NCBI GenBank assembly: GCA_035446985.1
Contig: DAOTGG010000001.1
Location: 17,981-81,980 of the forward strand
Reading direction: 5' to 3'
From: Eubacteriales bacterium
GTDB lineage: Bacteria > Bacillota > Clostridia > Christensenellales > CAG-314
DNA: 64,000 nt
Below, in pieces: positions 21,289 to 30,681 of the stretch. Under the pieces are notes generated by a model. That model was given only the letters and a program-made list of their open reading frames with translations, searched no databases and was not told where the DNA came from. Every line of letters starts with the position of its first letter. Within the stretch, counting starts at the first letter, position 1. A program made the position numbers and the translations under genes.

Positions 21289-22580
21289 TGACTCCTAAAC
21301 AAATAGTAAACGAACTTGATAAATATATAATCGGTCAGTCGGAAGCAAAACGGGCTGTTGCGATAGCTTTACGTAACCGCTACCGCAGAAGTCAGCTTTC
21401 CGCTGAAGACAGAGAAGAAATAACGCCGAAAAACATAATAATGAAAGGACCTACGGGCGTGGGAAAGACCGAAATCGCCCGCAGACTTGCAAAGCTTGTA
21501 AAAGCGCCTTTTTTGAAAGTCGAAGCGACTAAATACACCGAAGTAGGTTACGTAGGTCGAGACGTCGAGTCAATGATAAGGGACCTTGTGGAAGTTTCGA
21601 TTAGACTTATAAAAGAAGAGCGTTATCGCGACGTTCAGGAAAAAGCGCTGGCTAATACAATTAACGTTATCGCCGAAGCTTTGCTTGCCGCAAAAGACGC
21701 TTTGCCCGAAAATATCACGAGAGCGACGCTCAAAGACGAGTTAAGCACAACCAGTCTTGACCATATAAAAGTGGAAATTACCGTTCCCGACGAACCGAAG
21801 CCGCTTGATTTATCGGCTGCTGGCGGCGGAACGATAAATATCGGAAATATTTTTGACGGCATTATGCCCAAAAAGACGAAAAAACGCAAAGTAACCGTCG
21901 GCGAAGCGAAAAGAATTTTGCTTTCGGCTGAATGTGAGACTCTTATCGACCACGACAGCGTTAACGCGGAAGCAATTATGCGCGCGGAAAACGACGGACT
22001 TATATTTATTGACGAGCTAGACAAAATCGCGGGCGGCGGCTCGCAAAACGGTCCCGACGTATCGCGCGAAGGCGTGCAGAGAGATATTTTGCCTATTGTT
22101 GAAGGCTGCTCGGTTACGACAAAATACGGCAACATAAAAACGGATTATATTCTCTTTATAGCAAGCGGCGCGTTCCATGTGAGCAAAGTCAGCGACCTTA
22201 TACCCGAACTGCAAGGACGTTTCCCCGTGCTTGTAGAGCTGACAAGCCTTGGCAAAGACGAGTTTATCAGGATTTTGACCGAACCGCAAAACGCTATTAC
22301 CACGCAGTATCAAAAACTTCTCGCCGTGGATAATATCGACTTGGTTTTTCATAAAAGCGGCATAGAAGAAATCGCCGAAATCGCGGTCGATATGAACGCC
22401 ACTATGGAAGATATCGGCGCGAGACGTCTGCAAAGCATACTGGAAAACTTGGTTGAAAACATTTCTTTCGACGTGGACGAAACAAGCGAACGAGTAAAAA
22501 TTATCGTTGACGACAAATTTGTAAAGCAAAATTTATCGCAGACGGCAAAAACGTTAAATTTGAATAAATATATTTTATAA
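21288..22580 (+). CDS. hslU: ATP-dependent protease ATPase subunit HslU
   Basis: 430 aa. TPKQIVNELDKYIIGQ, Walker A GPTGVGKTEIARRLA, Walker B LIFIDELDKIA, ELQGRFP. Confidence 0.95.
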   Translation: MTPKQIVNELDKYIIGQSEAKRAVAIALRNRYRRSQLSAEDREEITPKNIIMKGPTGVGKTEIARRLAKLVKAPFLKVEATKYTEVGYVGRDVESMIRDLVEVSIRLIKEERYRDVQEKALANTINVIAEALLAAKDALPENITRATLKDELSTTSLDHIKVEITVPDEPKPLDLSAAGGGTINIGNIFDGIMPKKTKKRKVTVGEAKRILLSAECETLIDHDSVNAEAIMRAENDGLIFIDELDKIAGGGSQNGPDVSREGVQRDILPIVEGCSVTTKYGNIKTDYILFIASGAFHVSKVSDLIPELQGRFPVLVELTSLGKDEFIRILTEPQNAITTQYQKLLAVDNIDLVFHKSGIEEIAEIAVDMNATMEDIGARRLQSILENLVENISFDVDETSERVKIIVDDKFVKQNLSQTAKTLNLNKYIL

Positions 22581-22596
22581 AACGGGAAAAATTGAT

Positions 22597-23016
22597 ATGA
22601 CAGATACGGGTCATGTGATAGAATTAAAAGGCAAAGACGCCGTGATACGGATATTCCGCAGCTCGGCATGCGGCAACTGCTCGATGTGCGGTCTTACTTC
22701 CGACAAAAAATACGTCGACATTGAGGTTGAAAACACCCTTGACGCAACCGTCGGCGACCAAGTCGAGATTGCGTTTAACGACACGTCCGCCTCAAAAGTT
22801 TCCGCTATAGTTTATCTTATTCCGCTTTTCGCGGCGTTGCTTTTGATGTTAGTCGGTTACTTAATGAGAGTTGCTGACTGGATTTTGTGCATCGTTTTTG
22901 TAGTCGGACTAGGATTTGGTTTTATGATTGTAAGGCATATTGACCTTAATTACGCTAAAAATATGAAACTTGTGCCTAAGATGGTGAAAATAATAAAGGA
23001 GACAAACGATCTATGA
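22597..23016 (+). CDS. RseC/MucC (SoxR-reducing system) family membrane protein
   Basis: 139 aa. N-terminal beta segment with SACGNCSMCG Cys motif, followed by two predicted TM helices. Overlaps the trxA start. Confidence 0.6.
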   Translation: MTDTGHVIELKGKDAVIRIFRSSACGNCSMCGLTSDKKYVDIEVENTLDATVGDQVEIAFNDTSASKVSAIVYLIPLFAALLLMLVGYLMRVADWILCIVFVVGLGFGFMIVRHIDLNYAKNMKLVPKMVKIIKETNDL

Positions 23017-23324
23017 GTAAAGTTGAAGTGGTAACAAGTAAAAATTTTGACAAATTTATAAGCGGTGTTGCCGTTGTCGATTACTGGGCTACTTGGTGCG
23101 GTCCCTGTAAAATGCTTGCTCCCGTTCTGGAACAGGTAGCGGATCAGCTTCCTACTGTTAAATTCGGAAAAGTTAACGTTGACGAAGAAAGCGACCTGGC
23201 GAACGCGGCGGAAGTTCAGGCGATACCCAACGTATGTATTTATAAAAACGGTGAATTAGTAGATAGAATAATCGGCGTGCAGCCTTTGGCAAAGATAGTG
23301 GAAACGATAAAAAAACACTTATGA
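23013..23324 (+). CDS. trxA: Thioredoxin
   Basis: 103 aa. WCGPCK active site. Confidence 0.9.
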   Translation: MSKVEVVTSKNFDKFISGVAVVDYWATWCGPCKMLAPVLEQVADQLPTVKFGKVNVDEESDLANAAEVQAIPNVCIYKNGELVDRIIGVQPLAKIVETIKKHL

Positions 23325-23332
23325 GGTGAAAT

Positions 23333-24586
23333 ATGATAGACTTAAAAACACTAAAACAATGCGATCCCGAGCTTTATAATGCGTATGAGCTCGAGCTTAC
23401 CCGTCAGCGTCAAAATATTGAGTTAATCGCGAGCGAAAACTTTGCTTCTCCCGCAGTATTAGCCGCTATGGGCAGTCATTTGACTAATAAATACGCCGAA
23501 GGTTATCCCGCTGCCAGATATTACGGCGGCTGCGAATTTGTCGATATAGCGGAAAACCTTGCGCGCGACAGAGCGAAACAGCTTTTTGGAGCGGAACACG
23601 CAAACGTCCAGCCCCATTGCGGAGCAAACGCTAACACAGCCGTTTACGTTGCCTTTTTAAAACCAGGCGACACCATTATGGCTATGAATTTGTCCCACGG
23701 CGGACACCTTTCACACGGCAGTCCCGTAAATATTTCAGGCAAATATTTTAATATCGTTCCTTACGGCGTTAATCCCGAAACAGAAATGATAGACTACGAC
23801 GAACTTGAAAAAATCGCGGTAGAAAATAACCCGAAAATTATCGTTGCGGGCGCAAGCGCGTATTCGAGATTTATAGATTTTAAACGTTTTAGAGAAATCG
23901 CCGACAGAGTAGGGGCTATATTAATGGTAGATATGGCTCATATCGCAGGATTAGTTGCGGCCGGATTGCACCCCAGTCCCGTTCCGTACGCTGACGTAGT
24001 CACAAGCACAACGCACAAAACTCTTCGCGGACCTAGAGGCGGCTTGATTCTTTGCAAACAGCAATGGGCGAAAAAAATCGACAGCGCAGTATTTCCGGGA
24101 ACGCAAGGCGGACCGTTAATGCACGTTATCGGAGCAAAAGCTGTATGTTTTGGCGAAGCGTTAAAACCCGAATTTAAAGAATATCAAAAACAAGTTTTAG
24201 TAAACGCTCAAGTTCTCGCAAAATCAATGAAAGACAACGGACTTCGTCTTGTATCGGGCGGCACGGACAATCACCTTATACTTGTAGACGTTCGCGGCAG
24301 CGGTTACACCGGACGCTCGTTAACGGATACTTTGGACAAAATCCATATCACGGTTAACGCGAACACTATTCCGTTTGACCCCGCTCCGCCGAAAATCGCA
24401 AGTGGTATCCGCGTAGGCACACCGAGCGCAACAACGAGAGGTATGAAAGAACCCGAAATGATGGAAATCGGCGAAATAGTAGCGGACGTTATCAAAAACG
24501 GCGAAAGCTCGCTTGACAGAAATCTCAAACGCGTTCTGGCTCTTACAGACCGTTTCCCGCTTTACAAAAACGACATTATAGAATAA
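23333..24586 (+). CDS. glyA: Serine hydroxymethyltransferase
   Basis: 417 aa. SHGGHLSHG and PLP-lysine motif [12 protein letters not shown]. Confidence 0.95.
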   Translation: MIDLKTLKQCDPELYNAYELELTRQRQNIELIASENFASPAVLAAMGSHLTNKYAEGYPAARYYGGCEFVDIAENLARDRAKQLFGAEHANVQPHCGANANTAVYVAFLKPGDTIMAMNLSHGGHLSHGSPVNISGKYFNIVPYGVNPETEMIDYDELEKIAVENNPKIIVAGASAYSRFIDFKRFREIADRVGAILMVDMAHIAGLVAAGLHPSPVPYADVVTSTTHKTLRGPRGGLILCKQQWAKKIDSAVFPGTQGGPLMHVIGAKAVCFGEALKPEFKEYQKQVLVNAQVLAKSMKDNGLRLVSGGTDNHLILVDVRGSGYTGRSLTDTLDKIHITVNANTIPFDPAPPKIASGIRVGTPSATTRGMKEPEMMEIGEIVADVIKNGESSLDRNLKRVLALTDRFPLYKNDIIE

Positions 24587-24614
24587 TCAATTTAAATAAG
24601 TTAATTACTTAAAA

Positions 24615-24637
24615 ACGGGTGTCACGCCCGTTTTTTT
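24615..24637 (+). terminator. Intrinsic terminator after glyA
   Basis: ACGGGTG-TCA-CGCCCGT hairpin followed by TTTTTTT. Confidence 0.75.
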
Positions 24638-24772
24638 GTGTAAAAATACGGCAAACCGAAAAACTAAAACCGAATTGAAAAATATCTAAGTTCATAAATC
24701 CTGCCATATAAATTCTTCAAATTTCTAATTAAAATTTTTTTAAAAAATTTATTGAAAACGACTGTATTATGA

Positions 24773-24801
24773 TTGACTGTAAGACATAATAATGTTATAT
24801 T
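24773..24801 (+). promoter_or_regulatory. Candidate sigma-A promoter for iscRSU (TTGACT-17-TATATT with TGn)
   Basis: TTGACT at 24773-24778, 17-nt spacer containing TGt at 24793-24795, TATATT at 24796-24801. Confidence 0.5.
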
Positions 24802-24832
24802 ATTCCTAGTAAAAGAGTAGGATTTAAAATTT

Positions 24833-25231
24833 ATGAAAATGTCAACGAAAGCGAGGTACGGCTTGTATGCCGCAACCGAGCTTGCCAAAGCGTACGACGG
24901 CGAAAAAACGTTGTCGGTAGCCGATATCTCGGCTTCTATCGGAGTCACCGAAAAATATTTGGAGCAGATATTGTCGCTATTGAAATGCGAAGGCATAGTC
25001 AGCGCGCAAAGGGGAGCATACGGCGGATATATATTGACGGACAAGCCCGAAAATATATCTGTCGGCAGAGTGTTAAGGTGCCTGGAAAACGATTTGAAAA
25101 TCGTTGACTGTATCGGCGCGACTTGCGGCAGAAAAAAATGCGCTCCGCACGCGTTATGGAACAAACTTTATAAAAACATTAACGAATTTTTGGATTCGAT
25201 TACGCTAAAAGAACTTTTGGAGGAAATTTGA
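24833..25231 (+). CDS. iscR: Rrf2-family transcriptional regulator (IscR/CymR-like)
   Basis: 132 aa. MSTKARYGL N-terminus, winged HTH, and Cys residues in CIGATCGRKKC that could ligate a cluster. Heads the iscS-iscU operon. Confidence 0.85.
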   Translation: MKMSTKARYGLYAATELAKAYDGEKTLSVADISASIGVTEKYLEQILSLLKCEGIVSAQRGAYGGYILTDKPENISVGRVLRCLENDLKIVDCIGATCGRKKCAPHALWNKLYKNINEFLDSITLKELLEEI

Positions 25232-26412
25232 TGCGAGTATATCTTGACCACGCGGCAACGACTCCGCTGGACGAAGAAGTTTTGCAAAAAATGATGCCGT
25301 ATTTTACGGAAAAATTCGGAAACACGCACAGCCAGCACAGCTACGGCAAAGAAACGGCGATAGCAGTCGACAAGGCTCGTAAACAAGTGGCGGACGCGCT
25401 TAATTGCAGCCCCAATGAAATATATTTTACGGGTTCGGGAACGGAAAGCGACAACTGGGCGATAAAAGGAGCGGCGTTTGCCCGTCGTGACAAAGGCAAA
25501 CACATTATCGTTTCCGCTATCGAGCATCACGCTATTATTAACAGCGCAAAATGGCTGAGCAATAACGGTTTTGACGTCACTTATTTACCCGTAGATAAAT
25601 ACGGGGTAATAAAACTTGACGAATTGAAAAAAGCGATTAGACCCGATACCGTTTTAGTTTCCGTTATGCTTGCCAATAACGAAGTCGGAACTATCGAGCC
25701 GATAAAAGAAGTAGTTGAAATATGCCACGCGAAAGGCATTTTGGTACACTCCGACTGCGTTCAAGCCGTAGGCGCGGTTGAAATAGATTTAAAAGACCTC
25801 GGGGTTGATTTGGCGTCTGTTTCAGCTCACAAGTTTTACGGACCGAAAGGTGTCGGCGCGCTATATATCAAAAACGGCATAAAAATAGACAAACTTATCG
25901 TCGGCGGCGGACAGGAAAGAATGCAGCGAGGCGGCACGACCAACACTCCCGCGATAGTGGGTATGGGTGAAGCAATTGAAAAAGCCGTCCGTGAAATGCA
26001 AAAAAATAACGCTTATATTAAAGAACTCAGAGATTACTTTGTAAAAAGAGTAACTGAAGAAATCCATTACGTTACCTATAACGGACATCCGACCGATAGG
26101 CTGCCCTCAAATGCCAATTTTTCTTTTGAGTTTATCGAAGGTGAAGGCATATTGATGCTGCTTGACCTTGGAGGAGTAGCCGTTTCGTCAGGCTCGGCCT
26201 GCTCGTCGGGAACGCTCGATCCGTCGCACGTACTATTGGCTATGGGCGTCGATATCGTGCTTGCGCACGGCTCGTTAAGATTCAGTTTTGGAAAACATAA
26301 CACGAAAGAAGAAATAGATTACACGGTGGATTTACTCAAAAAAACTGTCGAGAGACTGCGCAAAATGTCGCCGTTATTTACGTTAAAAGAAGGAGAAATT
26401 AAGAATGTATAA
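25228..26412 (+). CDS. iscS: Cysteine desulfurase (NifS/IscS class)
   Basis: 394 aa. YLDHAATTP, PLP-lysine SAHKFYGPKGVGALY, active-site SSGSACSS. Confidence 0.9.
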   Translation: MMRVYLDHAATTPLDEEVLQKMMPYFTEKFGNTHSQHSYGKETAIAVDKARKQVADALNCSPNEIYFTGSGTESDNWAIKGAAFARRDKGKHIIVSAIEHHAIINSAKWLSNNGFDVTYLPVDKYGVIKLDELKKAIRPDTVLVSVMLANNEVGTIEPIKEVVEICHAKGILVHSDCVQAVGAVEIDLKDLGVDLASVSAHKFYGPKGVGALYIKNGIKIDKLIVGGGQERMQRGGTTNTPAIVGMGEAIEKAVREMQKNNAYIKELRDYFVKRVTEEIHYVTYNGHPTDRLPSNANFSFEFIEGEGILMLLDLGGVAVSSGSACSSGTLDPSHVLLAMGVDIVLAHGSLRFSFGKHNTKEEIDYTVDLLKKTVERLRKMSPLFTLKEGEIKNV

Positions 26413-26779
26413 CCAAAAAGTATTGGACGCTTTTGCAAACCCCAAAAATGTGGGCGTAATCGAAAACGCGGACGGCGAAGGCATGGTGGGCAATCCCACT
26501 TGCGGCGACATTATGAAAATCACGCTGAAAATAGATAACGACATCATTACCGACGCAAAATTCCAAACATACGGCTGTACGGCTGCGATAGCGACGAGCA
26601 GCACCGCGACGGAAATGATAAAAGGTAAATCCGTGGACGAAGCTATGAAACTTACTAACTCCGAAGTAGTGGAATATCTCGAAGGTTTGCCCCCGCAAAA
26701 AATACATTGCTCGGTACTGGCAGAAGAAGCGATAAAAAAAGCGATAGAAAACTACCGCGAAAAAAAGAAAGCTAAATAA
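26405..26779 (+). CDS. iscU: Fe-S cluster scaffold protein IscU/NifU-like
   Basis: 124 aa. The three cluster cysteines lie in GNPTCGDIM, TYGCTAAIA and HCSVLA. Confidence 0.9.
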   Translation: MYNQKVLDAFANPKNVGVIENADGEGMVGNPTCGDIMKITLKIDNDIITDAKFQTYGCTAAIATSSTATEMIKGKSVDEAMKLTNSEVVEYLEGLPPQKIHCSVLAEEAIKKAIENYREKKKAK

Positions 26780-26903
26780 ATATATATTTAATAATTTTTT
26801 TGCGAAAGCGTAATATACCCAATAATTTCCACACTTATAACCGTTGATATTTCCGCCCGATAAGCACACTAACTAAGTAAATACTTAAGCGGAGGTAATT
26901 CAG

Positions 26904-27044
26904 GTGAAAATGAAAAATTTTTTGATAGGAATGGCTTTGGGAATTGCTGCGGGTATGTGCTTGGCTGAAATTCCCGCCGTAAGAAACTTTATCGCGACGG
27001 GCAAGAAGAAAATCAAAAAAATGGTCAAAGCCAAAGAAGACTAA
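26904..27044 (+). CDS. Small (about 46 aa) single-pass membrane protein, below the ORF-track length cutoff
   Basis: GGAGG RBS at 26891-26895, 8 nt before GTG 26904 (alternative ATG at 26910). Translation KMKNFLIGMALGIAAGMCLAEIPAVRNFIATGKKKIKKMVKAKED: one hydrophobic helix plus a Lys-rich tail. A hairpin follows the stop codon. Confidence 0.45.
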   Translation: MKMKNFLIGMALGIAAGMCLAEIPAVRNFIATGKKKIKKMVKAKED

Positions 27045-27052
27045 TAAATTTT

Positions 27053-27080
27053 AGGGGCAAAAAACTTGCCCTTAAATTTT
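27053..27080 (+). terminator. Weak intrinsic terminator after the small TM ORF
   Basis: AGGGGCAA (27053-27060) pairs with TTGCCCTT (27066-27073, one G-U pair), followed by AAATTTTT. The T-run is interrupted. Confidence 0.4.
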
Positions 27081-27127
27081 TCACTAAAACGCTACCATAT
27101 TTTGGCTGTATATGATACAATGCTGCT

Positions 27128-27550
27128 ATGGGTAGAATTTTGGCTCTCGACGTCGGCGACGCGCGGATAGGTCTTGCAGCGTCGGACCTTATGCAAATTA
27201 TCGCTAATCCGCTGGAAACGTATCATCGCCGTAAAAACGACAGCGATTTTAGTTACATCGCGGACTTAGCGAAGCAAAAAGAAGCCGAGCTTATCGTATG
27301 CGGACTGCCTTTGGGTATGAACAGCCGCGAAAACGACCAAACTCAAAAAACAAGGGCTTTTGTTGAAAAACTATCGCAATACACGGATTTACCCGTAAAG
27401 TTTATAGACGAAAGGCTGACGACCGTTTCGGCGGAAAAAGTATTGATAGAGGGCGGCGTAAGGCGCGAAAATCGTAAAAACGTCGTGGACAAGGTAGCCG
27501 CTACCATAATTTTGCAAAACTATTTAGACTATTACAAACAAAAAGGTTAA
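27128..27550 (+). CDS. ruvX: Putative pre-16S rRNA nuclease / Holliday-junction-resolvase-like YqgF
   Basis: 140 aa. Canonical N-terminus MGRILALDVGDARIGLAASD. No Shine-Dalgarno sequence upstream (see findings). Confidence 0.9.
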   Translation: MGRILALDVGDARIGLAASDLMQIIANPLETYHRRKNDSDFSYIADLAKQKEAELIVCGLPLGMNSRENDQTQKTRAFVEKLSQYTDLPVKFIDERLTTVSAEKVLIEGGVRRENRKNVVDKVAATIILQNYLDYYKQKG

Positions 27551-27574
27551 CACAATATATTTCGGAGGTTAGAT

Positions 27575-27982
27575 ATGGATAAAGAACCTATCAACAAAAA
27601 AGAAGAAGAAAACGAAGATTTAGTAACTCTACTTGACGACGAAGGTAACGAAGTAGATTTTTACCACGCTGCTACCGTCGATTACAAAGGAAACTGGTAT
27701 GTATTTTTACAACCGGCTGAGGAAATGGAAGATATAGAAGAAGACGAAGTAGTTATTTTCAAGCTTGAAAAAGATGAAAAAGGCGAAGATTTATTCACTC
27801 CCATTGACGATGAAAAACTTTTGGACGAAGTTTATCACGAATATGAAAAAATGGTTGAGAACGCTTGCGAATGCGGATGCGGCTGCGACGACGACGAGTG
27901 TGATTGCGATGACGAAGAATGCGATTGCGAAGACGAAAAATGTCATTGTCACGACGAAAAATGCGACTGCAACAAAAAATAA
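27575..27982 (+). CDS. DUF1292-family protein with Cys/His/Asp/Glu-rich C-terminal tail
   Basis: 135 aa. DUF1292-like core (DDEGNEVDFYHAATVDYKGNWYVFLQP...VVIFKLE...FTPIDDE) downstream of ruvX, as with B. subtilis yrrK-yrzB. The tail CECGCGCDDDECDCDDEECDCEDEKCHCHDEKCDC is unusual. Confidence 0.8.
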   Translation: MDKEPINKKEEENEDLVTLLDDEGNEVDFYHAATVDYKGNWYVFLQPAEEMEDIEEDEVVIFKLEKDEKGEDLFTPIDDEKLLDEVYHEYEKMVENACECGCGCDDDECDCDDEECDCEDEKCHCHDEKCDCNKK

Positions 27983-28110
27983 TATTGATTTAATATTATA
28001 ATTTTTTTAGACTGAACCGCTCTCAACAAAAAACTTTTTGAGATCGATTTTGTTTTTAAGAAAAATTTGCTGCAATACTAAATTTATTTAACTAAACGGT
28101 CACAAAATAT

Positions 28111-28139
28111 TTGCTAAAAACAAGCGTATGTGATAAAAT
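28111..28139 (+). promoter_or_regulatory. Candidate sigma-A promoter for rpsB-tsf (TTGCTA-17-TAAAAT with TGn)
   Basis: TTGCTA at 28111-28116, 17-nt spacer ending in TGa (28131-28133), TAAAAT at 28134-28139. Implies a 5' UTR of about 115 nt. Confidence 0.5.
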
Positions 28140-28260
28140 TATCAAGGTTTAATACGCACTCGCAGCTTATTCGATGGTTGTGCCTAGTTTTTTTAGGAAA
28201 AAATCGGAGTTATTAAAAGCGCGGGGAGGATTAAAAAACAATAAAGGAGATTTTACAAAA

Positions 28261-29064
28261 ATGGCAGTTGTTTCAATGAAACAACTTCTGGAAGCAGGCG
28301 TTCACTTTGGACACCAAACCAGAAGATGGAACCCCAAAATGAAAAAGTACATCTATTCCGCGAGAAACGATATTCATATTATCGACTTGCAACAAACCGT
28401 GCAACTGGCGGAAGAAGCGTACAACTTTGTTCGCGAAATAGCGAAACAAGGAAAACCTATACTTTTCGTAGGAACGAAAAAACAAGCTCAAGCGGCTATC
28501 CAAGCGGAAGCGGAAAGATGCGGCGAATTTTATATCAACAATCGTTGGCTTGGCGGCACTTTGACAAACTTTAAAACCATCAAAACCCGTATTGAAAGAC
28601 TTAACCACATCAATCAAATGGAAACGATGGGCGAATTTGAGCTTTTGCCCAAAAAAGAAGTAGCAAAATTACGTAAAGAAAGAGATAAACTTCAAGCAAA
28701 CTTAGGCGGCATTAAAGATATGAAACAAATGCCAGGTTGTATGTTTATCGTTGACACAAAGAAAGAAGCTATCGCCGTACAAGAAGCGCACACCCTTAAT
28801 ATTCCTATCGTTGCTATTATGGACACAAACTGCGATCCCGACGAAGTTGACTGCGTAATCCCCGGCAACGACGACGCAATAGGCGCTGTAAAAATTATGG
28901 CTACTATTATCGCTAACGCAGTTATCGAAGCAAAAGAAGGCGTAGTGCTTTCTATCATTCCCGAAGACGAACCTGCTGAAGAAGCGGTTATGGATGAAAC
29001 AGTTGAAAAAATCAACGTTCCCGTAAAAGAAGAAAAAGTTGAAAAAACAGAAGTAAAAGAATAA
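28261..29064 (+). CDS. rpsB: 30S ribosomal protein S2
   Basis: Start trimmed from the ORF-track 28174 to ATG 28261 (AAGGAG RBS). [27 protein letters not shown] is the canonical N-terminus. Has an acidic/Lys-rich C-terminal extension. Confidence 0.95.
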   Translation: MAVVSMKQLLEAGVHFGHQTRRWNPKMKKYIYSARNDIHIIDLQQTVQLAEEAYNFVREIAKQGKPILFVGTKKQAQAAIQAEAERCGEFYINNRWLGGTLTNFKTIKTRIERLNHINQMETMGEFELLPKKEVAKLRKERDKLQANLGGIKDMKQMPGCMFIVDTKKEAIAVQEAHTLNIPIVAIMDTNCDPDEVDCVIPGNDDAIGAVKIMATIIANAVIEAKEGVVLSIIPEDEPAEEAVMDETVEKINVPVKEEKVEKTEVKE

Positions 29065-29093
29065 TTAAGTTAGTTATCAAGGAGAATAAATAA

Positions 29094-29756
29094 ATGGCAG
29101 ATTTCACTAATCAAGACGTAATGAAACTTCGCGAAATAACAGGCGTTGGAATGATGGACTGCAAAAAAGCGTTAATCGAAACCAAAGGCGATATGGACGA
29201 AGCCGTAAAATATTTGAGAGAAAAAGGTATGGCGACAGCCGCTAAAAAGTCAGGCAGAATCGCAGCTGAAGGCGTTGTCGGCAGTTACATTCATATGGGC
29301 GGCAAAATCGGCGTTTTACTTGAAGTAAACTGCGAAACAGATTTCGTTGCAATGTCCGAACAATTCAATACTCTCGTTCACAACCTTTGCATGCAAATAG
29401 CAGCCGCAAAACCGTTGGTAGTATCTATCGAAGACCTTTCTAGCGAAAATATCGAAATTGAAAAAGAAATTCTTTACGCTCAAGCTAGAAACGAAGGAAA
29501 ACCCGATGCCGTTATTCAAAAAATGGTTGAAGGCAGAATTAAAAAATATTACACCGAAGCATGCTTACTTGAACAACCTTACGTTAAAAACCCCGATATT
29601 ACCGTTACTCAGTTTATAAACGAAACCGTTGCGGCAATCGGCGAAAAAATTTCCGTAAGACGTTTTGTTCGTTACGAAATGGGCGAAGGCTTGGAAAAGA
29701 AACAAGATAATTTTGTTGAAGAAATCCAACAGCAACTTAACGAAATTAAGAAATAA
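29094..29756 (+). CDS. tsf: Elongation factor Ts (short form)
   Basis: 220 aa. VMKLREITGVGMMDCKKAL UBA-like N-terminus. Confidence 0.95.
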   Translation: MADFTNQDVMKLREITGVGMMDCKKALIETKGDMDEAVKYLREKGMATAAKKSGRIAAEGVVGSYIHMGGKIGVLLEVNCETDFVAMSEQFNTLVHNLCMQIAAAKPLVVSIEDLSSENIEIEKEILYAQARNEGKPDAVIQKMVEGRIKKYYTEACLLEQPYVKNPDITVTQFINETVAAIGEKISVRRFVRYEMGEGLEKKQDNFVEEIQQQLNEIKK

Positions 29757-29774
29757 AGAAATATTTACCAAAAA

Positions 29775-29800
29775 GGGGACACAAACTGTCCCCGTTTTGT
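29775..29800 (+). terminator. Intrinsic terminator after tsf
   Basis: GGGGACA (29775-29781) pairs with TGTCCCC (29787-29793), followed by GTTTTGTT. Confidence 0.75.
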
Positions 29801-29911
29801 TATAATGAAAAGAGATTAAATTTCTCAATTTTAAAATATTATATAAGGTAAAATGTTACAAAAATCTTGTTAGTTAAAAAACGTCAGTTCAAAGGTTTTC
29901 TGGAGGGATTT

Positions 29912-30613
29912 ATGAATAAATACAAACGTATAATAATAAAAATTTCGGGGGAAGCTCTTTCGGGTAAAGGGGGCTATGGCGTCAATGAAGTTGAGACCGA
30001 AAAAATCGCTCTTCAAGTCAAGACTTTGCTCGAAAACGGTTACCAAGTAGGTCTAGTTATAGGCGGAGGAAACATCTGGCGCGCAAGGACTAACGGCAGC
30101 GTGGACCGTTCGACAGCGGATTATATGGGAATGCTTGCCACGGTAATCAATTCGCTGGCAATGCAGAATTCGCTTGACAAACTAAAAGTTCCCGTCGTCG
30201 TTATGTCGGCAATTCGGGTTGAAAAAGTAGCGGAACCGTTTGTACTTAGAAAAGCCCTGGATAGTCTGGAAAAAGGCAGAGTAGTCATTTTCGCAGGCGG
30301 AACGGGCAGTCCGTACTTTACTACCGATACCGCTGGGGCTTTAAGAGCGTCGGAAATTCAAGCCGATATTTATCTGTGCGCAAAAAACGTCGACGGAGTT
30401 TACGACAAAGACCCGAAACTGTTTGCGGACGCATGTAAATATGAAAGTATCAGCTTTATGGACGTTATTCAAAAGCAATTAAAAGCTATGGATATAACGG
30501 CTATGACTATGTGTATGGAAAACAAAATTCCCGTTTTGATTTTTGACTGCGCTGGGCCTGACAGTATTGTTAAAGCTGCGGAAGGCAAAAAAATCGGAAC
30601 AATTATTCAATAA
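29912..30613 (+). CDS. pyrH: UMP kinase
   Basis: Start trimmed to ATG 29912 (GGAGGG RBS at 29902-29907). YKRIIIKISGEAL, VIGGGNIWRA and FAGGTGSPYFTTDT motifs. Confidence 0.95.
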   Translation: MNKYKRIIIKISGEALSGKGGYGVNEVETEKIALQVKTLLENGYQVGLVIGGGNIWRARTNGSVDRSTADYMGMLATVINSLAMQNSLDKLKVPVVVMSAIRVEKVAEPFVLRKALDSLEKGRVVIFAGGTGSPYFTTDTAGALRASEIQADIYLCAKNVDGVYDKDPKLFADACKYESISFMDVIQKQLKAMDITAMTMCMENKIPVLIFDCAGPDSIVKAAEGKKIGTIIQ

Positions 30614-30616
30614 CTC

Positions 30617-30645
30617 TTGAAATCTGGCTATATTTTTAGTAAAAT
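30617..30645 (+). promoter_or_regulatory. Candidate internal sigma-A promoter before frr (TTGAAA-17-TAAAAT)
   Basis: TTGAAA at 30617-30622, 17-nt spacer, TAAAAT at 30640-30645. An overlapping TATAAT lies at 30645-30650. Confidence 0.4.
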
Positions 30646-30681
30646 ATAATTTAGTTAAAAAACCGTAGGAGATAATTATTT

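Noticed and set aside
24664-25164. 166-aa minus-strand ORF overlapping the iscR promoter and gene.
   Set aside because: It lies antisense to a well-supported Rrf2 regulator. It has a low-complexity, AT-driven composition, no RBS and no recognisable motifs.
27765-28001. 78-aa + strand ORF in an alternative frame over the Cys-rich tail of the DUF1292 gene.
   Set aside because: It overlaps the 3' half of the DUF1292 CDS out of frame. The repetitive codon pattern makes this frame open by chance, and there is no RBS.
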